25,096 bases of DNA from a virus (lineage: Duplodnaviria; Caudoviricetes), in the IMG/VR virus record IMGVR_UViG_3300032323_001166, positions 1 to 25,096 of that record; one strand, 5' to 3'. Shown here piece after piece: positions 24,315-25,096 of the stretch. A program made the translations under genes and the position numbers. The notes under the pieces were generated by a model. That model was not told the origin of the DNA, did not search any database, and was given only the letters and a program-made list of their open reading frames with translations. Each line of letters begins with the position of its first letter. Position 1 is the stretch's first letter.

Positions 24315-24320
24315 TAAATA
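24313..24320 (+). promoter_or_regulatory. T4-type late promoter-like box (AATAAATA)
   Basis: 7/8 match overlapping the gp18 stop, upstream of an AGGAGA SD (24328-24333) and the gp19 ATG. Confidence 0.65.
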
Positions 24321-24341
24321 GAGAGATAGGAGAAAATACAA

Positions 24342-24887
24342 ATGGCTTTTAATGTAAACGAATTCCGCTCTCAGATGCAAGGTGACGGTGCCCGCCCAAA
24401 TTTATTTGAGGTGAGTATGCCGTTTCCTGCATTCGCATTGCCTGGAACAGCACAAACAAAATTAACATTTATGTGTAAGACTGCACAATTACCTGGTTCA
24501 ACTGTTAACATGGTGCCTGTGCAGTATTTTGGTCGTGAATTAAAATTTGCAGGTAATAGAACTTTTGCAGACTGGTCTATCACCGTTATCAACGATGAAG
24601 ACTTTGTTATTCGCAATGCATTCGAACGTTGGATGAATGGTCTAAATAGTCATAGTCTAAACCTTCGTAATGCAGCTGCAACAACACCTACAGGTTATAC
24701 TGTTGATGGTGATGTTAAACAGTTTGCAAAGAGTGGTGAAACAATCAAAAGATATAAATTTCTTGGATTGTTTCCAACAGATTTATCAGCGATTGATGTA
24801 GATTGGGGTTCCAACGATACGATTGAAGAATTCACAGTGAATCTTTCATATCAATGGTGGGAATCAGTTGAAGACGGTGTTGCTTAA
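24342..24887 (+). CDS. gp19: Tail tube protein (T4 gp19 homologue)
   Basis: GARPNLFEV, CKTAQLPGS, GRELKFAGNRTFADWSITVINDEDF.IR.AFERW, FPT, IEEFTV...YQWW. Confidence 0.97.
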   Translation: MAFNVNEFRSQMQGDGARPNLFEVSMPFPAFALPGTAQTKLTFMCKTAQLPGSTVNMVPVQYFGRELKFAGNRTFADWSITVINDEDFVIRNAFERWMNGLNSHSLNLRNAAATTPTGYTVDGDVKQFAKSGETIKRYKFLGLFPTDLSAIDVDWGSNDTIEEFTVNLSYQWWESVEDGVA

Positions 24888-24890
24888 TAG

Positions 24891-24915
24891 AAGGGAGAGC
24901 TTTGCTCTTCCTTTT
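24891..24915 (+). terminator. Rho-independent terminator after gp19
   Basis: AAGGGAGAGC-TTT-GCTCTTCCTT forms a 10-bp stem with one G-U pair, running into a short T tract, 3 nt after the gp19 stop. Confidence 0.7.
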
Positions 24916-24936
24916 ATCCTATAGGATTATTATATT

Positions 24937-25096
24937 GTGGCTATAAAACTTTTTGGTTTTACCTTAGGTAAAAAAGATATTGTTCAGGTTCAACAACCTG
25001 AGCAATCTTCTTTTGCACTTCCCACCGAATCTATTGATGACGGTGCGGTTACTATTACCTCTAATGCGTACTATGGTACGTATGTAGATTTAGAAG
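24937..25096 (+). CDS. gp20: Portal vertex protein (T4 gp20 homologue), 3'-truncated; absent from the ORF track
   Basis: GTG at 24937 after AGGA (24923-24926). Translates as MAIKLFGFTLGKKDIVQVQQPEQSSFALPTESIDDGAVTITSNAYYGTYVDLE, matching the LFGF...DDGA...YG.YVD.E portal N-terminus. Canonical position after gp19. Confidence 0.9.
   Translation, partial: MAIKLFGFTLGKKDIVQVQQPEQSSFALPTESIDDGAVTITSNAYYGTYVDLE

Noticed and set aside
1318-24616. All minus-strand ORFs in the track
   Set aside because: They are short, lie antisense to well-supported genes and have no recognisable motifs.

Overview
This window is a fragment of a T4-like (Tevenvirinae-like, environmental T4-superfamily) myophage genome. 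All real genes are on the + strand and tightly packed. Left end (1-3329): an AT-rich, overlapping cluster of iron-dependent enzymes: a 5'-truncated 2OG-Fe(II) oxygenase, two tandem radical SAM/SPASM-type proteins, an unknown protein and a second 2OG-Fe(II) oxygenase. Middle (3371-17410): a virion fibre/adhesin module with two small structural proteins, a 2281-aa and a 916-aa Ala/Asn-rich heptad-repeat fibre, a LamG/ConA-lectin protein and a 970-aa modular structural protein. Right end (17430-25096): the canonical T4 morphogenesis block gp13-gp14-gp15-gp16-[dps]-gp17-gp18-gp19-gp20 (partial), with T4-late-promoter-like NNTAAATA boxes and an intrinsic terminator after gp19. The most notable points are: the rSAM/2OG cluster next to the fibre genes; the complementary SPASM cysteine patterns of the two rSAMs; the Ala-core heptad fibres that share exact DNA tracts; a Dps gene inserted between the terminase subunits; and several domain insertions (gp13, LamG protein, 970-aa protein). 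All family assignments come from motif recognition by eye. No database searches were run.
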